Shown piece after piece: positions 18,639 through 28,051 of a stretch of DNA of 64,000 bases. Every line of letters starts with the position of its first letter. The stretch's first letter is position 1. The notes below the pieces were generated by a model. That model had not been told where the DNA came from. It made no database searches and was given only the letters and a program-made list of their open reading frames with translations. This stretch comes from Litorimonas sp. (lineage in GTDB: Bacteria > Pseudomonadota > Alphaproteobacteria > Caulobacterales > Maricaulaceae), in the NCBI GenBank assembly GCA_051251645.1, contig JBPOEY010000002.1, positions 70,093-134,092 on the forward strand, given 5' to 3'. The translations under genes were made by a program, and so were the position numbers.

Positions 18639-20357
18639 TCATAAAGCCGCATTTCGTCCGCAAAAGCCGCTTGTCAGACGCCCCACCCCATCGCTATAGG
18701 CGCGCTCTGCTTTGGCGTGCGGCCGTGGCGGAATTGGTAGACGCGCAGCGTTGAGGTCGCTGTGGGGTAACACCCGTGGAAGTTCGAGTCTTCTCGGCCG
18801 CACCATTACTTCATTTTGCATGTTCATGCTCCCTAACACCTTGAATGGTAACGAGAAATCGTGGTTCGAGAACCCCTTTTCGGGGCAATAGGGTAAAGCC
18901 TTAGGTAGGGCGAGCTTGAGCAAGAGCCTTTGCTTGGCAAATTCGCCACTTTCCCAGAGTTTCCAAGGCATTGTCAGGAATTGCATTGCAGCCTGAAACG
19001 CCGTTTCAAAGGGTTGTGGGGGTTCGAGAGGCTGTGTAGCCCTATTCTCTAAATCACGCTTTTGCGTTTCGAGAAGATCGACTTCTTTCTCATAGGCCGC
19101 AATCACGCGATCACTCGTACTGTTCATGATACGGTCGATAAGTTTTGTGATTTTTCCATCTATCACCGCGACGCTTTCAACACTGACACTCTGCTGCGCT
19201 TTGAGGCTGTCTAAGCGTGCATCCCAAATCTTGCGGAACATGGCGCTGGCCGCAGCAAGGAGCTGTGGACGCGGCGTGAGGCTTTTTGCAATTTCACCAA
19301 AGCCGTCTTCAATCCGCTCTTTACGAATGGACTTGCCATAGCGGTCACAGCCCTTCTGTTGACAGGTGTAGTAGCCATACTTCTTGTAACGCCCCTTCGA
19401 CCATGCAGACGTCATCGGCGTGTCACAGCATGAGCACGATACGAAATGGCGCATCGGGAAATCTTCATGAACATGGGCGCGGGCGGGTTTGGGCGATTTA
19501 CCGTCGAGACGATCTTGGATTTTTTGCCACGTCTCCAAACTGATCAGCGGCTCATGCTTTCCACGGAGCATGTGAATGTTCCACTTTTTGATCGTCATGT
19601 GTCCAGCGTAGAGCGGCTGGCGCAAAACATTGAACGGGTATTGATGGGACAGGGGTGTTTTGCGGCTGCCCATGATTGACGCATGACCGCTTAGAAATCG
19701 TCTTACATCAGCGCCCGTATCGAAACGCCCACTGGCGTAGCCCTCCAACGCCTCGCGAATGATGGAAGCGTTCGGCTCGTCAGGCGTGATGATTTTGCCG
19801 CCGTCAGAGGCCTTCTGAAATTTATAGCCGACGGGCTGATTGAACAGCCAATAGCCTTGATCAACACGGGCGCGCATCTTCTGGATAGTTTGCCGACGGT
19901 TTTGTTGGCGTTCCAATTCACCTTGCGCGGCAAGGATGGTTTCGATGAAGTTGCCTTCGGGCGTGTCCTCAAACTTGAAGTTTAGGCACTCAACAGTTGC
20001 GCCACGGTCTTCCAACGCTTTGCGGAGTTGCAGATGAAACACCGTGTCACGCGCAAAGCGTTTTAGATCATCAAAGATCACCAAAAATTGCTCATCCGGT
20101 TGCGCATCAAGAAAGGCAAGAAGGGCAACCATACCGGGGCGCTTCATGTAATCGCCACCGCCTGACACATCATCGGGGAATACGGCTGTCACCGTATATC
20201 CTTTATCTTCCGCATAGCGGCGGCATCGAAGCTCTTGGCTTTGCAAGCCTGACCCTTCGGTTGTTTGCTTCGTTGAGGACACGCGGCAGTAGATCAGCGC
20301 TTTTCGCGGTGCGTTCTGCGCAGGATGAGATGGGACTCGTTTTGCGTTTTGGGTCAT
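18639..20357 (-). CDS. Large serine recombinase (resolvase + recombinase + Zn ribbon)
   Basis: ALIYCRVSS catalytic Ser motif, DDLKRFARD, PVGY and CSCC...CQQKGC Zn ribbon. The ORF reads through the tRNA antisense to a stop at 18639. Confidence 0.92.
   Translation of the reverse strand: MTQNAKRVPSHPAQNAPRKALIYCRVSSTKQTTEGSGLQSQELRCRRYAEDKGYTVTAVFPDDVSGGGDYMKRPGMVALLAFLDAQPDEQFLVIFDDLKRFARDTVFHLQLRKALEDRGATVECLNFKFEDTPEGNFIETILAAQGELERQQNRRQTIQKMRARVDQGYWLFNQPVGYKFQKASDGGKIITPDEPNASIIREALEGYASGRFDTGADVRRFLSGHASIMGSRKTPLSHQYPFNVLRQPLYAGHMTIKKWNIHMLRGKHEPLISLETWQKIQDRLDGKSPKPARAHVHEDFPMRHFVSCSCCDTPMTSAWSKGRYKKYGYYTCQQKGCDRYGKSIRKERIEDGFGEIAKSLTPRPQLLAAASAMFRKIWDARLDSLKAQQSVSVESVAVIDGKITKLIDRIMNSTSDRVIAAYEKEVDLLETQKRDLENRATQPLEPPQPFETAFQAAMQFLTMPWKLWESGEFAKQRLLLKLALPKALPYCPEKGFSNHDFSLPFKVLGSMNMQNEVMVRPRRLELPRVLPHSDLNAARLPIPPRPHAKAERAYSDGVGRLTSGFCGRNAAL
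18719..18805 (+). tRNA. tRNA-Leu(GAG)
   Basis: Acceptor GCGGCCG/CGGCCGC-ACCA, D-loop GGAATTGGTAGAC, anticodon stem CAGCG-TTGAGGT-CGCTG, long variable arm, GTTCGAGTC T-loop. Upstream TTGTCA...GCTATAG promoter-like sequence. Confidence 0.97.
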
Positions 20358-20644
20358 GGTCTATTTTCTCCCGTGTCTGGTGTCTGTTGTGTTTTATCGG
20401 CCTTCGAATCCGTGATGGACGCAGACGGTATCGCGATTTGCGATGCCCTGCGCGGTTGGAAGTCTACGTCAAAACCGAGATCGACAAACTGTACCATCAT
20501 AACCCAAAGCACCGAAAGAATTTCTTTGGCCTCTTGGTCGGTCAAGTCCATGCCGTCCAAATACTGGACGTATTCAGCCGGATCGAATTCGATAGCAGGT
20601 TTCAGGTTTTTAGACGCGCTTTTTGCAAATGTCTCTTTAGTCAT
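20354..20644 (-). CDS. Hypothetical protein coupled to the recombinase
   Basis: Strong AAAGGAGG RBS; ATGA overlap with the recombinase start. Confidence 0.75.
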   Translation of the reverse strand: MTKETFAKSASKNLKPAIEFDPAEYVQYLDGMDLTDQEAKEILSVLWVMMVQFVDLGFDVDFQPRRASQIAIPSASITDSKADKTQQTPDTGENRP

Positions 20645-20859
20645 CGTCCCCTCCTTTCGCTTTTACCGTGCTCACCGAGGTAGGGGTCAGTGACAAGGTT
20701 AGGGCAGTTTTAGTGCATTCTTTATGATACCAAAAATATGCAACTTTAACAAGAACATAACGTGAACGACTAAGGTCGAATACGAAGTCTCGCAGCCTTC
20801 TATTTCTGAAAAACCGTAGAAAATACGGGGTATTCACGCCGCCGTTTTGATTGACGACC

Positions 20860-20888
20860 GCGCGTCCCTCCGCTACGGAGGGACGCGC
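20860..20888. repeat. Perfect 13-bp inverted repeat
   Basis: GCGCGTCCCTCCG-CTA-CGGAGGGACGCGC, followed by TATTTTT on the plus strand. Confidence 0.7.
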
Positions 20889-20933
20889 TATTTTTGAGCG
20901 AATCGGGTGCATCTTTATCGCGTTCATCGACCT

Positions 20934-22838
20934 CTAGCCCCCTGTCTCAAAATCGGGTTGATTGCGATACCACCACCATTTTTGAGCCTTTATCGGCGGC
21001 AGGTTTTCGACCAACAGAAGTTGTTCGTCGCGCGGCATACGCATCAGCTCATCCGCGAAGACAAGAGGGCGCTGAACGTCATCAATCGACACCGTCTCAG
21101 AGCTGCCAGAAGAGCCGCCTTGTGCGCCGCTGCTATGACTTGTGCCAAACGAGACCGAGCGTTTTTTGAGCGTCGTCAGCCCGCAAAGATGCTCCGCATA
21201 TTTTGCAGTCTCGAAATCACGCGAACCGAAATACTGAAACACGCCCGCATTCGCGACGAAGGTCTGCCAGCTTTCCGCGCCGTAAAGTCTTTTGAGCTGC
21301 GAGAGGTCTTGCGTGATCGCCCAGAGTTGAACGCCGAGGCCTGCCATTGTCCCGAAGGCGGTTTCAACGGTGTTCAGCCGCCCAAGCGCCGCAAACTCAT
21401 TCAGGATGAACCGCACAGGATGTGGCTGATCATTCTCCGCTTTCCGTGTCAGTTCGATCAGAGCGGTCGAGATCAGCAAACGCAGCCACCGCGAAAACGT
21501 ATCCATCCGGTCAAGCGGCAGGGTCAAATACACTGTGACAGGGGTTTGGCCTTTTAGATCGGCAAACGAGAAATCGCTTTTTGAGAGGCTTTCACGAATG
21601 CGCACGCTTTCTAAGAAGTGCGTGTTGGCGTGGGCGGTTGAGACAACGCTTGCCCGCTCGCGCCAGTCCTTTTGTAAGAACCGATAGGCCGAGTTTTTGA
21701 CGAAGCTGATTTTACTTTTCAGCATGCGGTCAAGCACTTCATCGAGTGTGCCTTTGGCTTCTCCCGTCGCTTTGCCGTTTTCATCTCTCTGCATCAGCGG
21801 CAGGCAGAGGATGTCCCGCAAGCGGCCAAGATTGCGGCGTTGCGCCTCCCGTTTCTCACTGACGATGTAAGCGAGAAAGCCTGCAATCAGCGCCTTGGCT
21901 TCATTCGGCCAATGTGGGCTTTGTCCGTCTTCCAGAACGAGCGCGTCTGCATAGAGCAGCGCATCACTGGCAAGATCAGGATCGTCTGCATTGAGACGAT
22001 CCAGCGGATTGAACCGCGCCTTGAGCAAGGACACGCCATCAACGCTTTGTGTGATGTCCCACGGATCGATGATCATCACCTGATGACCCATGTCAGCGCG
22101 ACGTTTGGCGGTATGTCGTGCGCTTTCTCCTTTGGGATCAACGACGATCATTGATCCCGCGCTGCGCACGAGGTTCGGCAGGATCGCCGTCTGGTCTTTC
22201 CCTGTTCGGGTCGGGGCAATTGTGATGGCGTGCATATCGCCGTTGTAAATGATGGCTTCGCCTGTTTTGCTTTCTTGTCCGAGGAACAGACCCGTCTCCC
22301 CCGTGCCGTCGAGATTGTATCCCGTTGGCGCAGGCGCAATCATCTTGGCCTCTGTTAGATCGTCCGTGTTGGCCCATCGGGCCGACCCGAAAATAACAGG
22401 CAGTTGCGTCGGCGGCTGAACCCGCACGAAATAATTCAGGACGAGACCAAGCCCCGTGAGATAGCCTATGAGCGCCGCAAAGGGCGGCATCGCCATTCCG
22501 AGAGTTTGCGAGCCTGTAAAGACGGCGGCAGTAATGCCGACCCCTAAGATGGCGGCGGCGAGTTTCCAGCCCTCCTGACGAAGCAGCAGGCGCAAGAACA
22601 CAAAGACCAGCGCGGTGAGACCGCCACCGATCCCGCCGCCGATCAATGCGCCAAGAGACTGCACGACGGTTGAACCGCCAAGCCCTTGGGTTGAGAGGCT
22701 AGCGATAAGAACGATGAGTGCGAGGGTGACGACAAACAGCCGACCACTTGATTGTCCGTAGAGCTGATAGTCCCGCACCGTTTGAACAGTTGGGTTTGCC
22801 AACAGTTTTTCGCGTTGGGCATTAATGACGTTTTTCAT
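20934..22838 (-). CDS. Type IV secretion coupling protein (VirD4/TraG family)
   Basis: N-terminal TM helices, FGSARWA, Walker A-like APTRTGKD, VVDPKGE, Walker B ILNEFAALG and WAITQDLSQL. CAGGAG RBS before ATG 22838. Confidence 0.92.
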   Translation of the reverse strand: MKNVINAQREKLLANPTVQTVRDYQLYGQSSGRLFVVTLALIVLIASLSTQGLGGSTVVQSLGALIGGGIGGGLTALVFVFLRLLLRQEGWKLAAAILGVGITAAVFTGSQTLGMAMPPFAALIGYLTGLGLVLNYFVRVQPPTQLPVIFGSARWANTDDLTEAKMIAPAPTGYNLDGTGETGLFLGQESKTGEAIIYNGDMHAITIAPTRTGKDQTAILPNLVRSAGSMIVVDPKGESARHTAKRRADMGHQVMIIDPWDITQSVDGVSLLKARFNPLDRLNADDPDLASDALLYADALVLEDGQSPHWPNEAKALIAGFLAYIVSEKREAQRRNLGRLRDILCLPLMQRDENGKATGEAKGTLDEVLDRMLKSKISFVKNSAYRFLQKDWRERASVVSTAHANTHFLESVRIRESLSKSDFSFADLKGQTPVTVYLTLPLDRMDTFSRWLRLLISTALIELTRKAENDQPHPVRFILNEFAALGRLNTVETAFGTMAGLGVQLWAITQDLSQLKRLYGAESWQTFVANAGVFQYFGSRDFETAKYAEHLCGLTTLKKRSVSFGTSHSSGAQGGSSGSSETVSIDDVQRPLVFADELMRMPRDEQLLLVENLPPIKAQKWWWYRNQPDFETGG

Positions 22839-22991
22839 GATAGACTCCTGCTTAGAAAAAAACGAATTCGTTCTTTTTGAGGAGGCTTTTTGGAGATAGG
22901 CCGATGGCAAGAGGGGCGCTAGAGGGTATCAGAGCATCGAGCACCTAAATTGGAGCAGATCGGAATTGGATATTTCTAGCGTATTGAAATC

Positions 22992-23711
22992 ATGACCGAT
23001 TCCCGATCTAAAGATAACGCCTCGTTTCTCACCGAAAATGCCGCTGTGTATCGGCACGGTGCAAAGATCACTTATATTCAAATGGTCAGCCTGATTATGG
23101 GCTTTGCGTCTGGCGCGTCGATCACCAAAGCTGCCGAGAGAGCCGAGGTGCATCGAGATACGGTGAAAGATACATTTGCGGCGCTGCGGGATCGCCTCTC
23201 TAAGCCGCGCTTCAAAAAATGGCTGCAAAGCGACTATGCCAATCTTGCCCTGACCAACGCGCAAGACCGCGAACAGATGGAAGACGCGCGAGATGCACTC
23301 TTTCATTGCCATGGAAATATTGACTGCCAGAAACGGTTTTCGTCAGGGCGACGAAAACCGCGCGTTTGTCGATCATGTCCGGTTTTCGTTTACGTCTCGT
23401 CTCACGTCCCCGAACCAGAACCAGAACGTCATCACGGGGATGCCGAGGCGATGGTCGATCTCGTTGATAAGCTACGCGCATTCTATCGAAGGCTAGGGTG
23501 GAACGAGAGCGCAAACAGCGGCGCGGATCAGCGCAACATTTTTGAAAAACGCTTCCGTCATTTCGAAGTGCTTTCGACGGCGGTGGTGCATACGGACTTC
23601 GATGACAGCGGAAAGGTTACAAGTGACGAGGATGACTGGTTAAGTATCCGGCATCTCGGAAAGGCGCTGTCGGAAGAGTTGAGAGAAGAACCGCTAATTT
23701 CATCTCAATGA
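22992..23711 (+). CDS. Hypothetical protein with HTH-like segment and Cys cluster
   Basis: ASITKAAERAEVHRDTV is HTH-like; CHGNIDC...CRSCP. Divergent from virD4. Confidence 0.65.
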   Translation: MTDSRSKDNASFLTENAAVYRHGAKITYIQMVSLIMGFASGASITKAAERAEVHRDTVKDTFAALRDRLSKPRFKKWLQSDYANLALTNAQDREQMEDARDALFHCHGNIDCQKRFSSGRRKPRVCRSCPVFVYVSSHVPEPEPERHHGDAEAMVDLVDKLRAFYRRLGWNESANSGADQRNIFEKRFRHFEVLSTAVVHTDFDDSGKVTSDEDDWLSIRHLGKALSEELREEPLISSQ

Positions 23712-23776
23712 AAATGCTAGAGACATTACAAAAGTCTGAGCGGTAACAAAGCGAGTTTCCAAATAGGTGTGACGGG

Positions 23777-24874
23777 CTAAAAATCCATATTGGCAGAGTT
23801 GTCCATCATTCGGCCTAGGTGATTTAGAAAACTCTCCATCATGTCCTCACTTGCCATAGCCTTTTTGTAAGTCCCATCTACGGCATATGTTAGGATACTT
23901 GGGTAGCCAGTTTCGAGAAATTGCTTCGCTGGAGCTCTCCCATTTTCCCAAAGTCTATCCAGAAAAGTTTCAATTCTTTGGTAATCAGATTTCCAATCTC
24001 TTGTGGCTGCGCTTTCAAAGGCGAACTCAGACCGAGACTTTTTATCTAAAACTCTTAGTGGGACGGCTCCCGTAGCCGTGTGGAAACTGAAAGCCGCACC
24101 ATCCTTACCAAAAGAACCGTGCGCTATATAGTTTCTGAGTTCATTACGAAGCGACAAAATATCATCATAAGCCGCTTTCTCATCAACCAACTTCAAATCA
24201 AAAACCAATTTACATTTTTGACCGAAATCTCCTTTCAGAACATCCACAATTTCTTTCCCGTTGGTGAGTTCTCCTTTCAAGATGGCGATATGAACCAAGG
24301 CTTGTTCACACCATGCGAAAAACGCATCAACCGCACTCTCATGCATCCATTTCCCTTGCTCAAGAAACTCATAGGCAGGATAGCTTGTAGATGTGAATTT
24401 CCAGCCTTTATCGGTTTCACCTTCTTCGACTACAACCCTGTCCTTATCGGTTTCAAACTTATCGAGAAGCTGACGACTCTGCTCTCGCAGATATTGGTAT
24501 TTTTCCCAAAGTTGAGGGCATTTGGACTCTAGGTTTAGATTGGAAGAAGTGGAGGCTTGGTCGGCACGCCAGAGGAAATAGGGCTTAGCTGCCTTAATGC
24601 CTTTCTGGATAACCTTGTAAATGGCTTCACCATCTGCGCCCTCGCTACACGAGAGGCGCATTCCGAATTTTTGATATGTGACGCAGCAGCGAAGACCATT
24701 GAAATCAAACGGTATCCCGTAAGCAAGTTTTTCAGCAGGTCCAAAATAGTCGTATTCGAGTAGATCAACCATCATCAAGAATATGAGATAATAGTTACTA
24801 TGCGGGATGCCACGAAAACCAGAGGACTGCCCCTGAACCTTGGATTCTTCTGAGGGCTTAGAAATACCCGACAT
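23777..24874 (-). CDS. HEPN-motif protein (putative RNase / defence effector)
   Basis: RNYIAH matches the HEPN Rx4H motif. Probable start ATG 24874. AT-rich. Confidence 0.6.
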   Translation of the reverse strand: MSGISKPSEESKVQGQSSGFRGIPHSNYYLIFLMMVDLLEYDYFGPAEKLAYGIPFDFNGLRCCVTYQKFGMRLSCSEGADGEAIYKVIQKGIKAAKPYFLWRADQASTSSNLNLESKCPQLWEKYQYLREQSRQLLDKFETDKDRVVVEEGETDKGWKFTSTSYPAYEFLEQGKWMHESAVDAFFAWCEQALVHIAILKGELTNGKEIVDVLKGDFGQKCKLVFDLKLVDEKAAYDDILSLRNELRNYIAHGSFGKDGAAFSFHTATGAVPLRVLDKKSRSEFAFESAATRDWKSDYQRIETFLDRLWENGRAPAKQFLETGYPSILTYAVDGTYKKAMASEDMMESFLNHLGRMMDNSANMDF

Positions 24875-24989
24875 CGCTTTCAGCACGTTGTTACGGGTTT
24901 TCTCTATACAAAATTCTTTCAATTTCGTTTTCCAATTTAGGATTATGCGCTCACATCGTATTGTCGTTAAGCGGCCTGATCTAAGACAC

Positions 24990-25211
24990 GCCGTCACCTA
25001 GCTGACGGCCTTATAGTTGGGTGAAGTGTATCATATTTGGCTTAGTTTGCGTGTTATTTACGTCAGAATTATATTCTGCAAGGTGTGCGCAGCGTAATAC
25101 ACTTCGCGTATTACGCTGCGCGACCTTGGCAAGGGGAACCCGCTGCGCGTTCCCCGTTGCATCCCCTCCGGCTATTGGCTCTGATAGGGCGTTGACCCCA
25201 TTTCAGAGCCA
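24990..25211. repeat. Cluster of five inverted repeats
   Basis: IRs at 24990-25009, 25064-25078, 25087-25121 (perfect 14 bp), 25129-25160 and 25176-25211. Confidence 0.75.
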
Positions 25212-25404
25212 GCAAACGTATCGCCGTTTCACCACTCGCAAGAAGATGTCGCTCTCCCTGCACCCATCGACAATTTCATTGAGACGCTTTCAGCGCGACC
25301 AACCGCCCACCGATTAGATGCCGCCAGTGTTTCGTCACAGGAGACGACTAAAGTACTGTAACGTCCCTTGTGAACGCACTCAATTTTTGCTTCAGGATCT
25401 ATAC

Positions 25405-26205
25405 CTACCCAAGCGGCCTGAAAGAAATTTCATTCGGTCCGCAGAGCTTTTCATCGGCAAGAGCGATTTCAGACGGAATGTTGAACACACTGCAAATAAC
25501 GTTGCTGTATTCATCGCCAGACTGAAAAGAGCACGCATGACAGGGGAGCCAATCTCCCTCATAATCGCCCTCGGTTAACTCTGGCACGTCAGCAATAGTA
25601 GAAGCTGTTTCATCTGAAACACTATGGCTATCCAACTCTTCCTCTGACGATTCTTTCTTCGACCGCTCAACGCGCTCATGACACGGCCTGCACAAAGCGA
25701 TGAGTTCAAACATGAACTCATCGCCAAGATTCTCATAGGTCAGATGATGAATATCCCGCGCAGGGTTCTCTAAACACCCTTCACAAAGATTGTTGGCTCG
25801 CCTGAAAATCTTTACCCGCGTTTTAAGCCATTTTTCTGAAGAGAGATGCTTAACGTACTTCTCACTAAACCGACCCGTTTTACGTTTTTGTATAGTAAGA
25901 TGCTTGGCGAAAATTTCATCCAGTTGCTTCTTTTTCGCCCGGTCATATGATGGAGCCAGACTTTCGTCCCAAGGTTCTGGTTCCACAATTATGTCTTTCT
26001 GTGACCTTGCAGACCCTCTTTGAAGACCACATTTCAAGCATTGCTCGACATACTGCTTGGAGCCATCACTGACCGTTCTCATAACGAAAGATGTTTTCTC
26101 ATGAGTGCAAAATGAGTTTGAGTGCTTCTGAATGTCTCCCGTTAGCGCATCAGTTGGCCACAATGTGACTTCCTGATTTGTCTCAGGGTCGATAACTTTC
26201 GCCAT
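25405..26205 (-). CDS. HNH endonuclease-domain protein
   Basis: CEGC...DIHHLTY...LIALCRPCHER is an HNH/Zn signature; additional Cys clusters at both ends. Confidence 0.82.
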   Translation of the reverse strand: MAKVIDPETNQEVTLWPTDALTGDIQKHSNSFCTHEKTSFVMRTVSDGSKQYVEQCLKCGLQRGSARSQKDIIVEPEPWDESLAPSYDRAKKKQLDEIFAKHLTIQKRKTGRFSEKYVKHLSSEKWLKTRVKIFRRANNLCEGCLENPARDIHHLTYENLGDEFMFELIALCRPCHERVERSKKESSEEELDSHSVSDETASTIADVPELTEGDYEGDWLPCHACSFQSGDEYSNVICSVFNIPSEIALADEKLCGPNEISFRPLG

Positions 26206-26332
26206 TAGCGCTCACTTCTTTCTATATACTGCTCGCTGGAAGCAGCAGGAGATAACGACTTTCTTTAAAGAGCTACCTTACGCCAAAACAACTTTTATTT
26301 GTGCTTCACCTGTGTATGTGCCAGACTTCGAA

Positions 26333-28051
26333 ATGGCTAAAATCCGTTTTATAAAAATAGAGAATTTTCGTTGTTTCGAGTCTTTTGAATGGCATCCTAA
26401 CTCTGGTTTGAATTGCCTCATAGGATCGGGTGACAGTGGAAAGTCCACGATCATAGACGCGATAGATTTAGCACTTGGTCCACGTCAGACGAAACTATTT
26501 TCAGATGCAGATTTTCATTTATTGCAAACCGATAAATCAATCTTGATTGAGATTACAGTTGGCGACCTCGACGACCCGCTTAAGAACCTTGAAAAATATG
26601 ATATGTGGTTGCGCGGCTATGATAGCGCAAAAAAAGCTATCGAAGATGAACCAGCAGAAAATCTCGAAACAGTTTTAACAGTGCGCCTTGAAATTGGAGA
26701 CGACCTCGACCCGCAATGGTCGCTGTATTCAGCGCGCGCAGAAACTCAAGGACGAGAGAAAAATCTGTCTTGGGGCGACCGCGTGCTTCTGGCAGGAACG
26801 CGAATAGGCGCAGTATCAGATTATCACCTATCTTGGCGGAAGGGAGCTGTCCTGAACCGTATTGGCGACGAGACGCCCAACACGACCTCGGCTATTGCGA
26901 AAGCAAAGCGAGCAGCGAGAGATGCGTTTGGGGCAGAGGCTCAACCTGACCTTAACGACGTTCTTAAAGCGGTGAGTGATACAGCGGCAAACCTCGGTGT
27001 TCCCATCGAAGGCGACTTGCAGGCATTGCTCAACGCTCATTCAATTTCGCTTAACGGCGGTACAATCTCTGTCCACGATAAGAACGGCTTACCTCTCGGC
27101 TCACTAGGGCTCGGCTCAAGCAGATTGCTCGTTGCAGGTCTTTTGGATAAAGCAAAAAAGGGCTCAAACCTAATTCTAGTGGATGAGCTAGAGTATGGTC
27201 TCGAACCCCACAGAATCATCAGGTTTCTGGATGCGATTGGGGCGAAAGATGAAACTGAAAGAAAGCAGTCATTTGTAACAACTCACTCACCAATTGTACT
27301 TCGCGAACTCTCGGCTTCGCAACTCTTTCGTTTATGCAAAACTGGAGATGTCCATTCTGCAAACTCGGCAAATTGTGACCCGACATCACAAGGAACATTA
27401 CGACTTTATCCAGAAGCCTTTCTTGCAAAGTCTATCATGCTTTGCGAAGGCGCAAGCGAAGTTGGCTTTCTTCGCGGGCTAGACCAATATTTTTCAACAC
27501 AAGACAAACAGTCTTTTTGGGCCTGTGGTTCAACGCTCGTTGACGCGAGCGGCGTGTCGAAATTATACAAAGCCGCACCAACGCTACAGAGCTTAGGCTA
27601 TCGCATTGCGTCTCTTAGAGATGATGATGTCCTTCCCGATATTCAACAGGAGGCTGAATTTATAGCAAACGGCAGCACCGTCTTCAAATGGACTGCGGGA
27701 TATAAAATCGAAAACGCTATTATAAACGCTGCGCCGTTAGACATGATTGAGAAAATCATTAACGCTGGCATTTCTTCGGTTGGAGAGCAGACAGTAGACG
27801 AACATATTAAATCAACATCGTCTGGCAAGACAAATTTGAAAAACTTCCAAGACCTTGCTCCTCTTGGGCTCATATCTCAGGATGATCGAAATATACTGAC
27901 GAACGCGTGTACAACTAAGAACGCATGGTTCAAATCAGTAAGCAGCATGGAAAGCCTTGCTAGAGATATAATCGCGCCGCAACTGGCAGATATGCACGCC
28001 GATTTTTCCAGCGTTGTAACCGCTGTCGGCACATGGATGCTCAATGAATAG
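26333..28051 (+). CDS. gajA: OLD-family ATP-dependent nuclease (ABC ATPase + TOPRIM), GajA-like
   Basis: IENFRCF, GSGDSGKST, LVDELEYGLEPH, TTHSP, TOPRIM LCEGASE and DDD motifs. Confidence 0.85.
   Translation: MAKIRFIKIENFRCFESFEWHPNSGLNCLIGSGDSGKSTIIDAIDLALGPRQTKLFSDADFHLLQTDKSILIEITVGDLDDPLKNLEKYDMWLRGYDSAKKAIEDEPAENLETVLTVRLEIGDDLDPQWSLYSARAETQGREKNLSWGDRVLLAGTRIGAVSDYHLSWRKGAVLNRIGDETPNTTSAIAKAKRAARDAFGAEAQPDLNDVLKAVSDTAANLGVPIEGDLQALLNAHSISLNGGTISVHDKNGLPLGSLGLGSSRLLVAGLLDKAKKGSNLILVDELEYGLEPHRIIRFLDAIGAKDETERKQSFVTTHSPIVLRELSASQLFRLCKTGDVHSANSANCDPTSQGTLRLYPEAFLAKSIMLCEGASEVGFLRGLDQYFSTQDKQSFWACGSTLVDASGVSKLYKAAPTLQSLGYRIASLRDDDVLPDIQQEAEFIANGSTVFKWTAGYKIENAIINAAPLDMIEKIINAGISSVGEQTVDEHIKSTSSGKTNLKNFQDLAPLGLISQDDRNILTNACTTKNAWFKSVSSMESLARDIIAPQLADMHADFSSVVTAVGTWMLNE

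Noticed and set aside
18780-18805. Direct repeat of the tRNA 3' end (attR) marking the island's right boundary
   Set aside because: I found no second copy by eye. GGTGCACCA at 35335-35343 is too short, and serine recombinases need no long repeat. The boundary is left unresolved.
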